A DNA stretch of 64,000 bases from Candidatus Latescibacterota bacterium (GTDB lineage Bacteria > Latescibacterota > UBA2968): the NCBI GenBank assembly GCA_965116885.1, contig OZ220741.1, positions 4,928,001-4,992,000 on the forward strand, in the 5' to 3' direction. A program made the translations under genes and the position numbers. Below the pieces are notes generated by a model, which was given only the letters and a program-made list of their open reading frames with translations, did no database searches and had not been told where the DNA came from. Positions 19,701 to 28,771 of the stretch are shown one piece after another (positions within the stretch are counted from its first letter, which is position 1; each line of letters opens with the position of its first letter).

Positions 19701-20204
19701 AGGCGGATCTATTTCACTTACAAAAAACAGATCGCTAAACGCGAGTTGGCCCGTCTTATACTCGGGCACCTCAATAGAAAACACTGCCCGTCCCCGGCGG
19801 TCATTGCCCACGGCATTGACGTCCAGAACCGCGTGATAATATCCCGCTGGAACTTGAAATCGCGCGATATCATAGACAAAGTGTTCTGGATCGTCGATCC
19901 GGTCAGTGGAAGAAAAAACGCGCTCACCCTCTATCCTCTTGACCGAATTGCCATCCTCATCGAACAACTCGAGACGCGGGATATAACGCGCAACAAAAAG
20001 ACTATCACCCCGTTTTTCGAACGCGAGTTGCGCCGCGGGAAAACGGATAACAACCTCTTCATAAGGACCATCGTCTCCCCGAAAACTACATGCATCAACG
20101 CCGAGCGAGAGACTGCCTTCCGAAGACACCAACCCCTCTTCAGCAGTCGCCTGCAATGGGAAAAACGCGAAAAAAAGAAAAAGAATTAAAAAGCGCATAG
20201 TCAA
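16782..20204 (-). CDS. Secreted GWxTD-domain protein with TPR repeats
   Basis: Signal peptide; TPR helices; FWQKRDPTPATPGNE...EHYRRV..A...DRRGDVYIRYGEP...WEYWIY. Confidence 0.8.
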   Translation of the reverse strand: MTMRFLILFLFFAFFPLQATAEEGLVSSEGSLSLGVDACSFRGDDGPYEEVVIRFPAAQLAFEKRGDSLFVARYIPRLELFDEDGNSVKRIEGERVFSSTDRIDDPEHFVYDIARFQVPAGYYHAVLDVNAVGNDRRGRAVFSIEVPEYKTGQLAFSDLFFVSEIDPPSQNFEAESFLKAGHVLLPLPEREVGDGAPLRFYVELYEIGRLAHSVRFQISDRFGHVVFDHRREFPTYRGDAKFVEGIPLRRLSPGTYTLSVEARIGDQVARTQREFRILGSPVELSLTAQQQVLMGKILERFSMPETVQEYAKVDAGERAAFMYGHYLERVPIFAQTYISPVAGLGNREVGMAMLRAIGLEKTLMKRVDKTFGERLPEVDTLAVRKACDVVDFVLGEDPLDPYALTAKALIALESGALVEGERWVRKALDIAPDLPEARNALGIVRMGRGDWNGAVEKFQEAACWTNAELARFLSGKGEGLEYLKAAVERDPTHPFLYYMMGRVLERRGELAESAAAYRRQIEVDPLYARAQFDFGRVLFKQGRIDSATVIWRELMEARPDFRSLCMHPLLEAYLNIGETGKAHALIAEALRTLSDEARERVEDISLVAGPEELAAYERLAPEERAQFVRVFWQKRDPTPATPGNERLVEHYRRVVYALQNFSKDGRKWDRRGDVYIRYGEPAHVSKRSDIRFETDAKVVRVKERLIAALSPEAKQEIIARIGRLRTSTRDVEIESELGEVVAVSDFESIDFEMNPNRVFFARQSDDVNTYVRGKELFGRDRPGMSERPMRGIPLYPVNGSEPWEYWIYPDVGGGIEVVFTALTPKGDFDFPDVSQGRKIARFNQRFWEDTRPEVVISRAVSAQPDRYVPVGKGVLDFHSASADFRGADDKSRLEVYYGVPVLDAIDDGGEEVVFERGIALFDSSWTPVYRRLDPMPVRVEEGGVEAGTLAIDELALQVLPGRYYLGLQINHPASGRRSGYTQELVVEDYAVAGLKISDIELAGRVQVDASATDKGGVEVISLPSRTYKTGQPVVIYYEVYDLKIDDFGQTKYRVDYRITPQEGKLSGVQVLRALGRLLGIEEKAVVTISYERTGTGSDEYNYLEIDPGESKPGRYEIAVTITDLNGEQTAEKTVIFFISE

Positions 20205-21466
20205 AATCCATTCGCAATCTCAGATAATCGCTCGCGGTGGGCTACCACCTTGGCGAATGCCTGCGCGGTCTGATCCACCCACTCGGCAGCGGGTGCAACC
20301 GGTGTAGCGAGCCAGAAACTCCTGTCCTGCAACCGCTCGCTCACCGGCAGACTGCACATAGGCCGTCTCGCCTCTGGGGACAAATCCGCCCACGGCCCGC
20401 CCAAATCATCGAACGAAAAATCGTTAAAAAGCGGCTCAAGGTGCATCGCACTATACCCCCACGCCGTCGTCTCTGCGACATACACCCCTTCCGCAACCAG
20501 TGCTTTTATAATAATAGGAAGCGGAGCACCAAGCAAATCGGGATCAACCGTTCCGGCATAGAGCAGCATGCCACCTCGCTTCGCCTTCGGATACGTCTTT
20601 TGCGGAGCCACACCGGGAATCCCATCGAGCAGACTATCCATTCGCCCAAACCATGCCATCCGCTTCTCATTCAGCCCCGGCAAGCGCTCCAACTGTGCGC
20701 GGGCCATCGCAATACCCAGAGGATTTGCGCGGTATTTGACGCCCAACCCCATATTGCGAAGCGCCTTAAAACGATCCGTCTGCCACAGCGCATCGCAACG
20801 CCCGCATTGCCCCAGAGCCAGCATACGATCGTAGAGATCATCATCATTCGTAGTCGCAATACCCGCTTCTATCCCGGACACCGGCTTTTTCTCCTGAAGG
20901 CTAAAACACCCGATATGTCCAATAGAGCCGACCATCTTATCGCCCCACATCGCCCCGGGTGCATGAGACGCATCCTCAATCAGCTTTATATCGGTCCCCT
21001 CTACAATATCTAAAAACGCATCCATATCTGCCGGATTGCCATAAATATGTGTCACCACAATCGCGCAGGTGCGGTGTGTAATCCGCTTCTTCACATCTTC
21101 GGGATCGGCGCAAAATGTTTCCGGATCTACCTCGCAGAACACGGGCGTCGCATTGCAATGCAAAATCGGCGTAATCGTCGCGTGCCACGTCGCAGTGGGC
21201 ACAATCACCTCTTTCCCTGCACATGCACCCGCGGCAAAAATCGCCGAGTGTAGCGCGGCTGTGCCATTGCACATACAAAGCGCGTGTTTGGTTCCCACAA
21301 AAGCCCGATACTCTTCTTCGAACTTGTCGAGTTCTGTATAAGCACCATCCTTATTATCCAAAACATAATTGACGTACTGCTTCTCCAGATCGCTCACATC
21401 CTGCCACGAATCACTCATCGGAGTGGTAACAGCTCTGGGACCACCGTCAATTGCCAGATTAGACAT
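20201..21466 (-). CDS. DegT/DnrJ/EryC1/StrS PLP-dependent aminotransferase
   Basis: LAIDGG, NGTAALH, IEDASHA, FSLQEKKPVSGIEAG (PLP lysine). Confidence 0.92.
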   Translation of the reverse strand: MSNLAIDGGPRAVTTPMSDSWQDVSDLEKQYVNYVLDNKDGAYTELDKFEEEYRAFVGTKHALCMCNGTAALHSAIFAAGACAGKEVIVPTATWHATITPILHCNATPVFCEVDPETFCADPEDVKKRITHRTCAIVVTHIYGNPADMDAFLDIVEGTDIKLIEDASHAPGAMWGDKMVGSIGHIGCFSLQEKKPVSGIEAGIATTNDDDLYDRMLALGQCGRCDALWQTDRFKALRNMGLGVKYRANPLGIAMARAQLERLPGLNEKRMAWFGRMDSLLDGIPGVAPQKTYPKAKRGGMLLYAGTVDPDLLGAPLPIIIKALVAEGVYVAETTAWGYSAMHLEPLFNDFSFDDLGGPWADLSPEARRPMCSLPVSERLQDRSFWLATPVAPAAEWVDQTAQAFAKVVAHRERLSEIANGF

Positions 21467-21572
21467 CTTTCCGCTCCTCTCAATAGACCGCTGAGTTTAT
21501 GCGATGTATCACAATATAGCGCAATTCAGCCCTGGAAAGCAATCCATCTCGACATTCAACAAACTAAAAACC

Positions 21573-21610
21573 AAAAAACCGATCGCTATAACTTCAGAGA
21601 TCGGTTTTTT
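21573..21610. terminator. Rho-independent (bidirectional-type) terminator
   Basis: AAAAAACCGATC...GATCGGTTTTTT, downstream of the Rieske gene. Confidence 0.7.
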
Positions 21611-21646
21611 ATTCTAATTTATCGACAGCCCCTGGTCTCTCGCTCC

Positions 21647-22096
21647 TTAAAACAGAATCGACAACGTCTGTGTTCCACTGTCATAGGTACTCTCAAATCG
21701 CGGCAACGGTGCGGTAGCTGGTCCGCGTAAAACCGCCCCTGTTGTCCTGTCAAATCTCGCACCGTGGCATGAACACCAGATTTGTGGATCGCGGTCCCCC
21801 GGCAAATCCACCTCGCACGCCTCATGCGTACACACAGAACTCAAAACCACAAAATTTTCTTCGGCAGCGCGAAAAATGATCACGGGCGCGCCGCCATTTT
21901 GACCGCTAAAAACTTGTTTCACAGACCCTCCCACCTGTGCCAACGCAGGCGCGCTGCCCACATCAAACTGCACACTCTCACCCGATGACTTCAACACATC
22001 ATTCTCACAACCCGAAATCCATCCGGCGCACATGCACCCCCCCACAAGCGCGAGGGCCTGCGTTAAAAACGCCCTTCTTTCCGTCTTATCATCCAC
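21647..22096 (-). CDS. Tat-exported Rieske [2Fe-2S] (lipo)protein
   Basis: ERRAFL twin-arginine motif, ISGC lipobox-like, CTHEAC and CSCHGARF ligands. Confidence 0.88.
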   Translation of the reverse strand: MDDKTERRAFLTQALALVGGCMCAGWISGCENDVLKSSGESVQFDVGSAPALAQVGGSVKQVFSGQNGGAPVIIFRAAEENFVVLSSVCTHEACEVDLPGDRDPQIWCSCHGARFDRTTGAVLRGPATAPLPRFESTYDSGTQTLSILF

Positions 22097-22118
22097 TGAT
22101 ATGCCTCCTCAATAAATC

Positions 22119-22712
22119 TTACGCCACAAGTGCCTTGTAAAACGGCCTCAACAATTTGCGAAGTTGGGCACGCGCCCGAAACAAACGCGATTTTACAGTG
22201 CCTACTGAACACCCCTCAACACTGGCAATCTCCTGATATGACAGCCCGTTCAACTCGCGCAGAACCAGCACAGACCGAAAATTGGGCGGCATATCCGCCA
22301 ACACCTGCGTCAAAACATCGCGCAACTCACTCTGCTCAACCCTGTAATCCGTTCGCTTTGGACCTGCAAACAGCGCTTCACCATCTGCTTGTCTGAACCA
22401 CCATTCATCATCCATCTTAACATCGTATTTGCGCTGTTGCGACTTAATCCAATCCAGACAACAATTGATGCTGATGCGATACAACCAGGTGGAAAACAGC
22501 GATTGCCCTCTAAACTGGTGAAGCGACTGAAACGCCTTGATGAACGCAAGTTGTGCCAGATCATCGGCATCTTCCCTATTGCCCACCATACCAAATGCCG
22601 TATGAAAAATCCGCATATGGTGCCGCCGAACCAATTCAGAAAACGCCTTTGCATGCCCCTTCTGAGCATACCCAACGAGCAATTTATCGTCGCATGTTGA
22701 CCAATTGAGCAC
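22119..22712 (-). CDS. ECF (sigma-70 group 4) RNA polymerase sigma factor
   Basis: DADDLAQ, FSTWLYRI, GLSYQEIA...GTVKSRLFRAR. Confidence 0.92.
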   Translation of the reverse strand: MLNWSTCDDKLLVGYAQKGHAKAFSELVRRHHMRIFHTAFGMVGNREDADDLAQLAFIKAFQSLHQFRGQSLFSTWLYRISINCCLDWIKSQQRKYDVKMDDEWWFRQADGEALFAGPKRTDYRVEQSELRDVLTQVLADMPPNFRSVLVLRELNGLSYQEIASVEGCSVGTVKSRLFRARAQLRKLLRPFYKALVA

Positions 22713-22726
22713 AGAAAATCTCCCGC

Positions 22727-23800
22727 TTAAAATTCGACAACCAAATCCAAAGATACACTTTGTCGCCTGTCGTAGTTATAAAATTCATCATTTGAAAAAT
22801 TGCGCGAAATGCCGTATCCAAATTCCGTTGTCACACGCTGCGTTAGGGGCAACTCTAAAAAAGCGTCAAAAAACGAATACTCATCCCGGCGCAACGCGCC
22901 CCCTATCAAAATCGCGCCACTGACATCCCGCGCCATATCATCTTTATAAGACTGCCTTTCGTATCCACCTTCCAGAATGATCCGAACTTGCAAGGGCAAT
23001 TGCTGGGTCAGCCGCGCAGTTATTTGATCGCCGCTATAATCGTAGCGATCCTTTAATATATCATCGTCGCCGTAAATTAGCGCATTAAATCGCGTGGGAG
23101 TATCATTCGCAACTCGCAAGTTGATGCGCCGCTGGTAGCGCACCCGCAAGCCCGTATTATCTGTCAGAGATTGCGCCACCTGCAAACCTAAAACCACCTG
23201 CCCTTCGGCACCCTCGCGCAACTTGTAGCCCAGCCCCAGATCGCCCCTCAATGTCGTGCGCGAGGGCAAAAACTGGTTAATCTGAAAAAATGCGTAGTGA
23301 TCGACATAGCGCGACACATTCAAATTTTGATACGACCGCCAGTTGAGTTGATATCCCACCCGCTTCATCGTATTCTCGGCACTATACCATTTGCCCTGCA
23401 GGTATCCCGACAGCCCGGTATAATCATACACATCGTAAATGGAGCGATTTGTGCGCGCAGCCAGCGAAAAACCCGCAAATATCCTATCGCGCGCACCACT
23501 ATTCAGATCGCGCGCAAAATCCACACCCAATCGATTGGTCGCAAATGTCCGGTCGCCATTGTAACGAAATAAAAAGCCATCACCTGCAAAAAAGAACCGC
23601 AGATATGAATCATCCATATCCACGGGACGCATCACAGAAGCGGAAAACTGTGTCACAAAAGAACTCACCCCATCATAAATCCCATCCACATTGGTATCGT
23701 AAATCGTTCCCACAGTCACATCTGTAAGCACATCTGCATCTGCGGTTTTCAGCCCCAAAAGCAATACGCAAGCAAAGGTTGATAGTCGTTTCATAATCAT
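22727..23800 (-). CDS. Putative outer-membrane beta-barrel protein
   Basis: Signal peptide, YDTNV N-terminal motif, amphipathic aromatic strands, C-terminal Phe. Confidence 0.7.
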   Translation of the reverse strand: MIMKRLSTFACVLLLGLKTADADVLTDVTVGTIYDTNVDGIYDGVSSFVTQFSASVMRPVDMDDSYLRFFFAGDGFLFRYNGDRTFATNRLGVDFARDLNSGARDRIFAGFSLAARTNRSIYDVYDYTGLSGYLQGKWYSAENTMKRVGYQLNWRSYQNLNVSRYVDHYAFFQINQFLPSRTTLRGDLGLGYKLREGAEGQVVLGLQVAQSLTDNTGLRVRYQRRINLRVANDTPTRFNALIYGDDDILKDRYDYSGDQITARLTQQLPLQVRIILEGGYERQSYKDDMARDVSGAILIGGALRRDEYSFFDAFLELPLTQRVTTEFGYGISRNFSNDEFYNYDRRQSVSLDLVVEF

Positions 23801-23866
23801 TCCCTTTTATAGCGATGGATTTATCATAAGGGGAAGGGCAGATACCCTTCCCCATAGACCGATGCA

Positions 23867-24577
23867 TTATCCCGATGTCGTCGATTCAGAGGGCGTTTTA
23901 GGGCCTCTGCGACCCCGCTTACCACCATGTCCGCGCATTCCCTCCCGCGAACGCTCCGGACGCTCAATACCCCACTCTTCTAACTTCGCATCCACCGCAA
24001 CGCGAATATCTTCTCTCGACGTATCCGACGCTTTCAAGCCTTCAATCAACGTCTTGAGCTCTGTCTCTTGCTCATCGGTCAACACTGCTGCCAAACCTCG
24101 CTCGGGACGTTCAACACCCCATTCTTCCAATTTCGCATCCACCGCCGCGCGTATATCTTCCCGAGAGGTATCCGACGACTCCAAACCTTCTATCAGCGTC
24201 GTCAATTCAGTTTCCTGTTCATCGGTAAGCAATTCTGCCAGACCGGGCGAAATGGCCGAGCGTTCGGGAAATTCAACCCCCCATTCTTCCAGCTTGGCCT
24301 TCACTGCTGCGCGAATATCTTCCCTCGATGTATCCGATTCCTTCAAGCCATCAACCAGAGTTTTCAATTCAGCGCGTTGCTCTTCGGTCAACTGAGAAGA
24401 TGTGCCGCGTCCTCCCAAAACACCCTTGTGTCCGCGATGATATGATATTCGCACATTATCATCAATACCATCGGCATTTTCATCCACAAATACAGGTCCC
24501 GCCGCCCGCGCGTCCTGACCGCCCCACAGGGCACATGTCAGCGCCAACGCAATACTATAGGTCATCCACTTTTTCAT
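23867..24577 (-). CDS. Secreted helical repeat protein (3 x ~45-50 aa LTxEQ repeats; Spy/CpxP-like character)
   Basis: Signal peptide ending ARA; FVDENADGIDD; three copies of LTxEQ..EL..L..GL..SDTSREDIR.AV.AKLEEWG.E.PER; RBS GAGGAG. Confidence 0.75.
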   Translation of the reverse strand: MKKWMTYSIALALTCALWGGQDARAAGPVFVDENADGIDDNVRISYHRGHKGVLGGRGTSSQLTEEQRAELKTLVDGLKESDTSREDIRAAVKAKLEEWGVEFPERSAISPGLAELLTDEQETELTTLIEGLESSDTSREDIRAAVDAKLEEWGVERPERGLAAVLTDEQETELKTLIEGLKASDTSREDIRVAVDAKLEEWGIERPERSREGMRGHGGKRGRRGPKTPSESTTSG

Positions 24578-24701
24578 GGCCTTGCTCCTCACTGTTGAAT
24601 TTTTGTGAACCGTTCTCAAGCACCGATCTCATTTTGTCCGGCCGGAACCAAAATCCGATCAGCACCATCAACCTGCCGCACTTTGCGGCTACCGTATTTT
24701 A

Positions 24702-24726
24702 AACAATCAACAGGTATCTTCGTTCC
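24702..24726 (-). promoter_or_regulatory. Putative ECF-sigma promoter GGAAC-N17-GTT
   Basis: Minus-strand GGAACgaagatacctgttgattGTT about 125 bp upstream of the operon containing the ECF sigma. Confidence 0.45.
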
Positions 24727-25041
24727 CATGAAAATTGTAATAAATTGTTAAAATTGTTATAGTTTGTACACATAAAAAAGACCGATATTACTCGCTCTAC
24801 TACGCCTTGAAATGTGGTTATATCTATGCAGCAATACCCCCACATCCATGCAGAAACGATCCCCGGTCTTGTATCCTTAGATCAGAAAATGGCCTCACGC
24901 GTTCCATACAAACACAAAAAAAACCGCCCTATTATTGGTCGGCTTAGCCAATTGATCCCTTTTCCTCTTGCAATAGCGGAAGGATAGCATTAGGTTAAGC
25001 GGCGATATTTCGAGAACAACGCTGAAATAGGAAAGGAGCAG

Positions 25042-25863
25042 ATGATGATTCGGTTGGGAACAATGACGAGCGTGTGTCCAGATTGGTCTATCGAGCAGAT
25101 TATCGACGGGATGCAGCGCCATGGATTTGAAGGATTGGAGCCTCGCGCGGGGTGGGGACACGCCTCGGGTTTTGAATTGGACATGCCTGCGGCTGCTCGA
25201 GATGCAGCCCGGGCGAAAATGGAAGATGCCGGATTAAAAATATCCTGCGTAGCTACCGGGGCAAAATTTGCCGCAGAAGACCCAGCAGATCTGGACAAAT
25301 CCATCGCCGAGGCCAACGCCGCAATAGATCTCGCGGCTGATCTGGGGGCCGGATTGATCCGCACATTTGGCGGCGCACGCGGTAAAGGCGAAATATTCTG
25401 GATGGTAAACCGCACCGCTGAGGCATACAAGCGCGTAATGGATCACGCGGCAGAACGCGGGGTTATCGTCATGATGGAAACGCACGACGAGTGGTGTGTC
25501 TCGACCCAGGTGCGCGCAGTGGTTGAAAAAGTAAATCATCCCAACCTGGGCGTATTGTGGGACCTGATGCACCCACAGCGCCACATGGAACGCCCCGAAG
25601 AAACCATGCAGACGATTGGTGCGATGACCAAACACCTGCACGCACACGACGGGCGTTATGACACCGAAAATGGAAAAATTACAACAGTCGCTCTGGGCGA
25701 AGGCGACCTGGACTATGTCACGCCCCTAAAATTGTTACACGATGCCGGATTTGACGGCTTCTTTTCCGTGGAAGTAATCCACAAGCCAGGAAGCGATCAC
25801 GATGCAGATGCAACCTTGAAAGCTTATGGCGATGGGTTCAGAAAAATTGTCGAAAATTTTTAA
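25042..25863 (+). CDS. Sugar phosphate isomerase/epimerase (xylose isomerase-like TIM barrel)
   Basis: METHD, LWDLMH, HLHAHD, FSVE metal ligands. Confidence 0.88.
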   Translation: MMIRLGTMTSVCPDWSIEQIIDGMQRHGFEGLEPRAGWGHASGFELDMPAAARDAARAKMEDAGLKISCVATGAKFAAEDPADLDKSIAEANAAIDLAADLGAGLIRTFGGARGKGEIFWMVNRTAEAYKRVMDHAAERGVIVMMETHDEWCVSTQVRAVVEKVNHPNLGVLWDLMHPQRHMERPEETMQTIGAMTKHLHAHDGRYDTENGKITTVALGEGDLDYVTPLKLLHDAGFDGFFSVEVIHKPGSDHDADATLKAYGDGFRKIVENF

Positions 25864-25875
25864 TTGGAGAATAAC

Positions 25876-27291
25876 ATGGCAAAGCAGAATGTAATTTTAT
25901 TTGGAATCGACAGTTTGTGGTCCGATCACATGAGCTGTTATGGCTATAATCGGCTCACGACGCCACATATCGACAAATTTGCCACACAGGGCGTCTTGTT
26001 CGAAAACACATTTAGCGCGCATATCCCCACCACACCGGCTTATGCGTCAATGCTCACGGGCATGGATTGTTTTTCCACCGATGTCGTGGCACTGCGCCAC
26101 CGCGGCGGATTGACAGAAGATGTCGCGACCTTGCCCGAAATTTTGAGCGGAGAAGGCTATGAGACCGTATGTGTGGGCTTTACGGGAAATCCGAGTTCTC
26201 GCGGATTTGATGAATATGTGAACTTCAGAGCGTGGGGAAGTTGGGATGAACGTCCGCTGCACAAAGCCGAATTGCTCAACGAAGTGACATTACCCGAACT
26301 GGAACGCCTAGCCGCGGGCGACAAACCGTTTTTCCTGTTTTTGCGACACATGGACCCGCACGCGCCCTATTTGCCACCGCCACCGTACGATTCGATGTTC
26401 TACAGCAAAGACCCGTGCGACCCGTCCAAAACCAGCATGGAACCGGTAAAAGCATTCAAGCCATTTAGAGATTTTCATTTGAGCTGGATGCCACCGGGCA
26501 TTACCGACACAGATTTTGTGGTGGCGCAATACGACGGTGAAATTGCCTATATGGATGCGTGTATCCAGCGCCTGCTCACCCGTGTTGATGAACTGGGCCT
26601 GAGAGATAATACCCTAATCGTAATCAACGGCGACCACGGCGAGACCCTCGACGAGCACGATTGCTATTTTGATCACCACGGGATGTATGAATGCACCTTG
26701 AAAGTACCCCTCGCAATGCGCCTGCCCGGGAGCTTGCCCGAAGGCGTGCGCGTAAAGGGTTACAATCAGCACAAAGATCTCACACCGACGATCCTGGAAC
26801 TCCTGAACGTAGAAACAGACATCGCGTTTGACGGACGCAGCTTGATCCCGATGGTTGAGGGAAAACGCCACACGCACGAATCGGAATTTTATATTACCGA
26901 GTGTACCTGGATGCGAAAACACGGCTGGCGCACACCCGAGTGGAAATTGATCGTAGCACTGGAACCCGACTTTCATTTTAAGCCCGAAGTAGAGCTTTAC
27001 AATCTGATCCAGGACCCGGGCGAGACCACGAATCTGGCGGACCAGGAACCCGAAATGGTCGCCCTATTGCGCGGGCGGATGGAAGCCTATATTGCCAAAC
27101 GCGAAAAAGAAGTGGGCCATACCAATCCCATGTACACAAACCTGAACTGGCACGGCCGCAAGAATTACGACGGACCCTTCAAATCCTCCGAAGATGCGTA
27201 TAACCACATGCACATCGGTTCCGCCAGCCAGGCCGCGCGGTTGCAGGCGGGGAATAAAAAGGTAGAAGGAACGGTCGAAGAAAAGAAATAA
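25876..27291 (+). CDS. Sulfatase-like hydrolase (alkaline phosphatase superfamily) with non-canonical active-site motif
   Basis: GIDSL..DH, TPHID, TTPAYASMLTG, DPHAPY, GDHGE. Confidence 0.85.
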   Translation: MAKQNVILFGIDSLWSDHMSCYGYNRLTTPHIDKFATQGVLFENTFSAHIPTTPAYASMLTGMDCFSTDVVALRHRGGLTEDVATLPEILSGEGYETVCVGFTGNPSSRGFDEYVNFRAWGSWDERPLHKAELLNEVTLPELERLAAGDKPFFLFLRHMDPHAPYLPPPPYDSMFYSKDPCDPSKTSMEPVKAFKPFRDFHLSWMPPGITDTDFVVAQYDGEIAYMDACIQRLLTRVDELGLRDNTLIVINGDHGETLDEHDCYFDHHGMYECTLKVPLAMRLPGSLPEGVRVKGYNQHKDLTPTILELLNVETDIAFDGRSLIPMVEGKRHTHESEFYITECTWMRKHGWRTPEWKLIVALEPDFHFKPEVELYNLIQDPGETTNLADQEPEMVALLRGRMEAYIAKREKEVGHTNPMYTNLNWHGRKNYDGPFKSSEDAYNHMHIGSASQAARLQAGNKKVEGTVEEKK

Positions 27292-27301
27292 GAGAAAGCA
27301 T

Positions 27302-28693
27302 ATGAGAATAATCACATTGGCATTGCAAAGTCTTTTGACGCTGTTGATGCTAGCCAGTTGTTCCACCCCTGGGAACATGCGGTCGCACTGGCCTGAATAC
27401 CCCGTAAATCCATTCGTCATCCAATTGGATATTCCCGGCCCTACGGATTCTGCTGGCGGCCTCATTGTCGCCGATCTGAATGGAGATGGACGCATGGATT
27501 ACCTGGTCACCGTTCCCAATTATCTCACGACTCATGCCCACGATGGCCGCAAACTCTGGGTAATCGAAACCGACCTCCGGGTAGGCGGCTCCTCAGAGCG
27601 CGTCGGCCTACCCGGCCATCACGGTCCAGGTGTTCAGGTTACAGACGTCGATGGCGATGAACAGGTCGAAGTGCTGTTCCTTACCCAGGATGGCACGCTC
27701 CACGTAATTGATGGCACTACAGGGCGCGAGCAGTGGACCGCAAAGCCGCCCATCCCCAAAGGCGCCCAACGCTGGGAGCACCTGGTCGTAGCCAATTTCC
27801 GCGGCGCGGGAGATCGAGATTTACTCCTCCAAGCCACCAATGCCAAAGGTTACCGCATGGGGCGCTTTCTAGCGGCCTATGCGCTGGCCGATCTCCGGCG
27901 CGGACATTTTGCCCCCCTGTGGGAACGCGACGATTTCGTTGCCTGCGCCCACAACGGCGCACGGCTGGCGGATCTGAATAGAGATGGGCAAGACGAAGTG
28001 ATCGGCGCTACGGTCGTCTCTGCCGATGGCAAAATTTTACTGCGGATTCCCCTAAAAGGTCACATCGACTCGATCTTCATCTACGACGTGCGGCCCGATA
28101 TACCGGGTTTGGAAATCATCGCCTTAGAAGAAGGGGGCGGCAATCGCATTTTCCTCTACAACCACGAACAACTCTTATGGGAAACGCACTTTCGCCACCG
28201 GGAACCCCAGAATGCGGCGGTCGGCGAGTTCGACCTGGAGCGACCGGGCCTGGAGATATGGTGCCGGAGCCGCTATAACGAGCATCAGAAGCCTTTTGTT
28301 TTTGACGCGCAGGGAGAGAAAATCGCGGATTACCAGATGGACGATGTAGCACCCGAGGGCTGGACCACAAGAGGGGTCGAGGTCATCCACAAGATCGATT
28401 GGACAGGGGACCGCAAACAGCTTGCCGCAGCCAAAGAGCGCCATATCTCCGGGGATATTGGCATCTTCGATCCGCTTAGCGGGCGCTTTCTCCACCGGTT
28501 TGAGGAAAAGGCCGACCGGCTCTATGTGGGCGATGTGGCTGGAGATTGGCGCGAAGAACTGATCGTCTTGCACGGCAACCAACTCCACATCTACTTCAAC
28601 GAGTCTGAGAATCGGGGTTCTGACCGTCAGCGCCTGTGGTCGCAAGACCACTACCGCCGCAGTAAAATGACCTGGAACTATTACAGCCCGTGA
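27302..28693 (+). CDS. Lipoprotein with FG-GAP-like Ca-binding repeats; rhamnogalacturonan lyase (PL11)-like beta-propeller
   Basis: Lipobox LASC; DLNGDGRMD, DVDGDEQVE, DLNRDGQDE, DVAGDWREE. Confidence 0.6.
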   Translation: MRIITLALQSLLTLLMLASCSTPGNMRSHWPEYPVNPFVIQLDIPGPTDSAGGLIVADLNGDGRMDYLVTVPNYLTTHAHDGRKLWVIETDLRVGGSSERVGLPGHHGPGVQVTDVDGDEQVEVLFLTQDGTLHVIDGTTGREQWTAKPPIPKGAQRWEHLVVANFRGAGDRDLLLQATNAKGYRMGRFLAAYALADLRRGHFAPLWERDDFVACAHNGARLADLNRDGQDEVIGATVVSADGKILLRIPLKGHIDSIFIYDVRPDIPGLEIIALEEGGGNRIFLYNHEQLLWETHFRHREPQNAAVGEFDLERPGLEIWCRSRYNEHQKPFVFDAQGEKIADYQMDDVAPEGWTTRGVEVIHKIDWTGDRKQLAAAKERHISGDIGIFDPLSGRFLHRFEEKADRLYVGDVAGDWREELIVLHGNQLHIYFNESENRGSDRQRLWSQDHYRRSKMTWNYYSP

Positions 28694-28771
28694 CTACTCC
28701 CAACGCTATAGCTGGTTTTACGGGCTTTTTGATAAGGTCAGGTAACAATGTCGATATTGGAGGTATATAAC

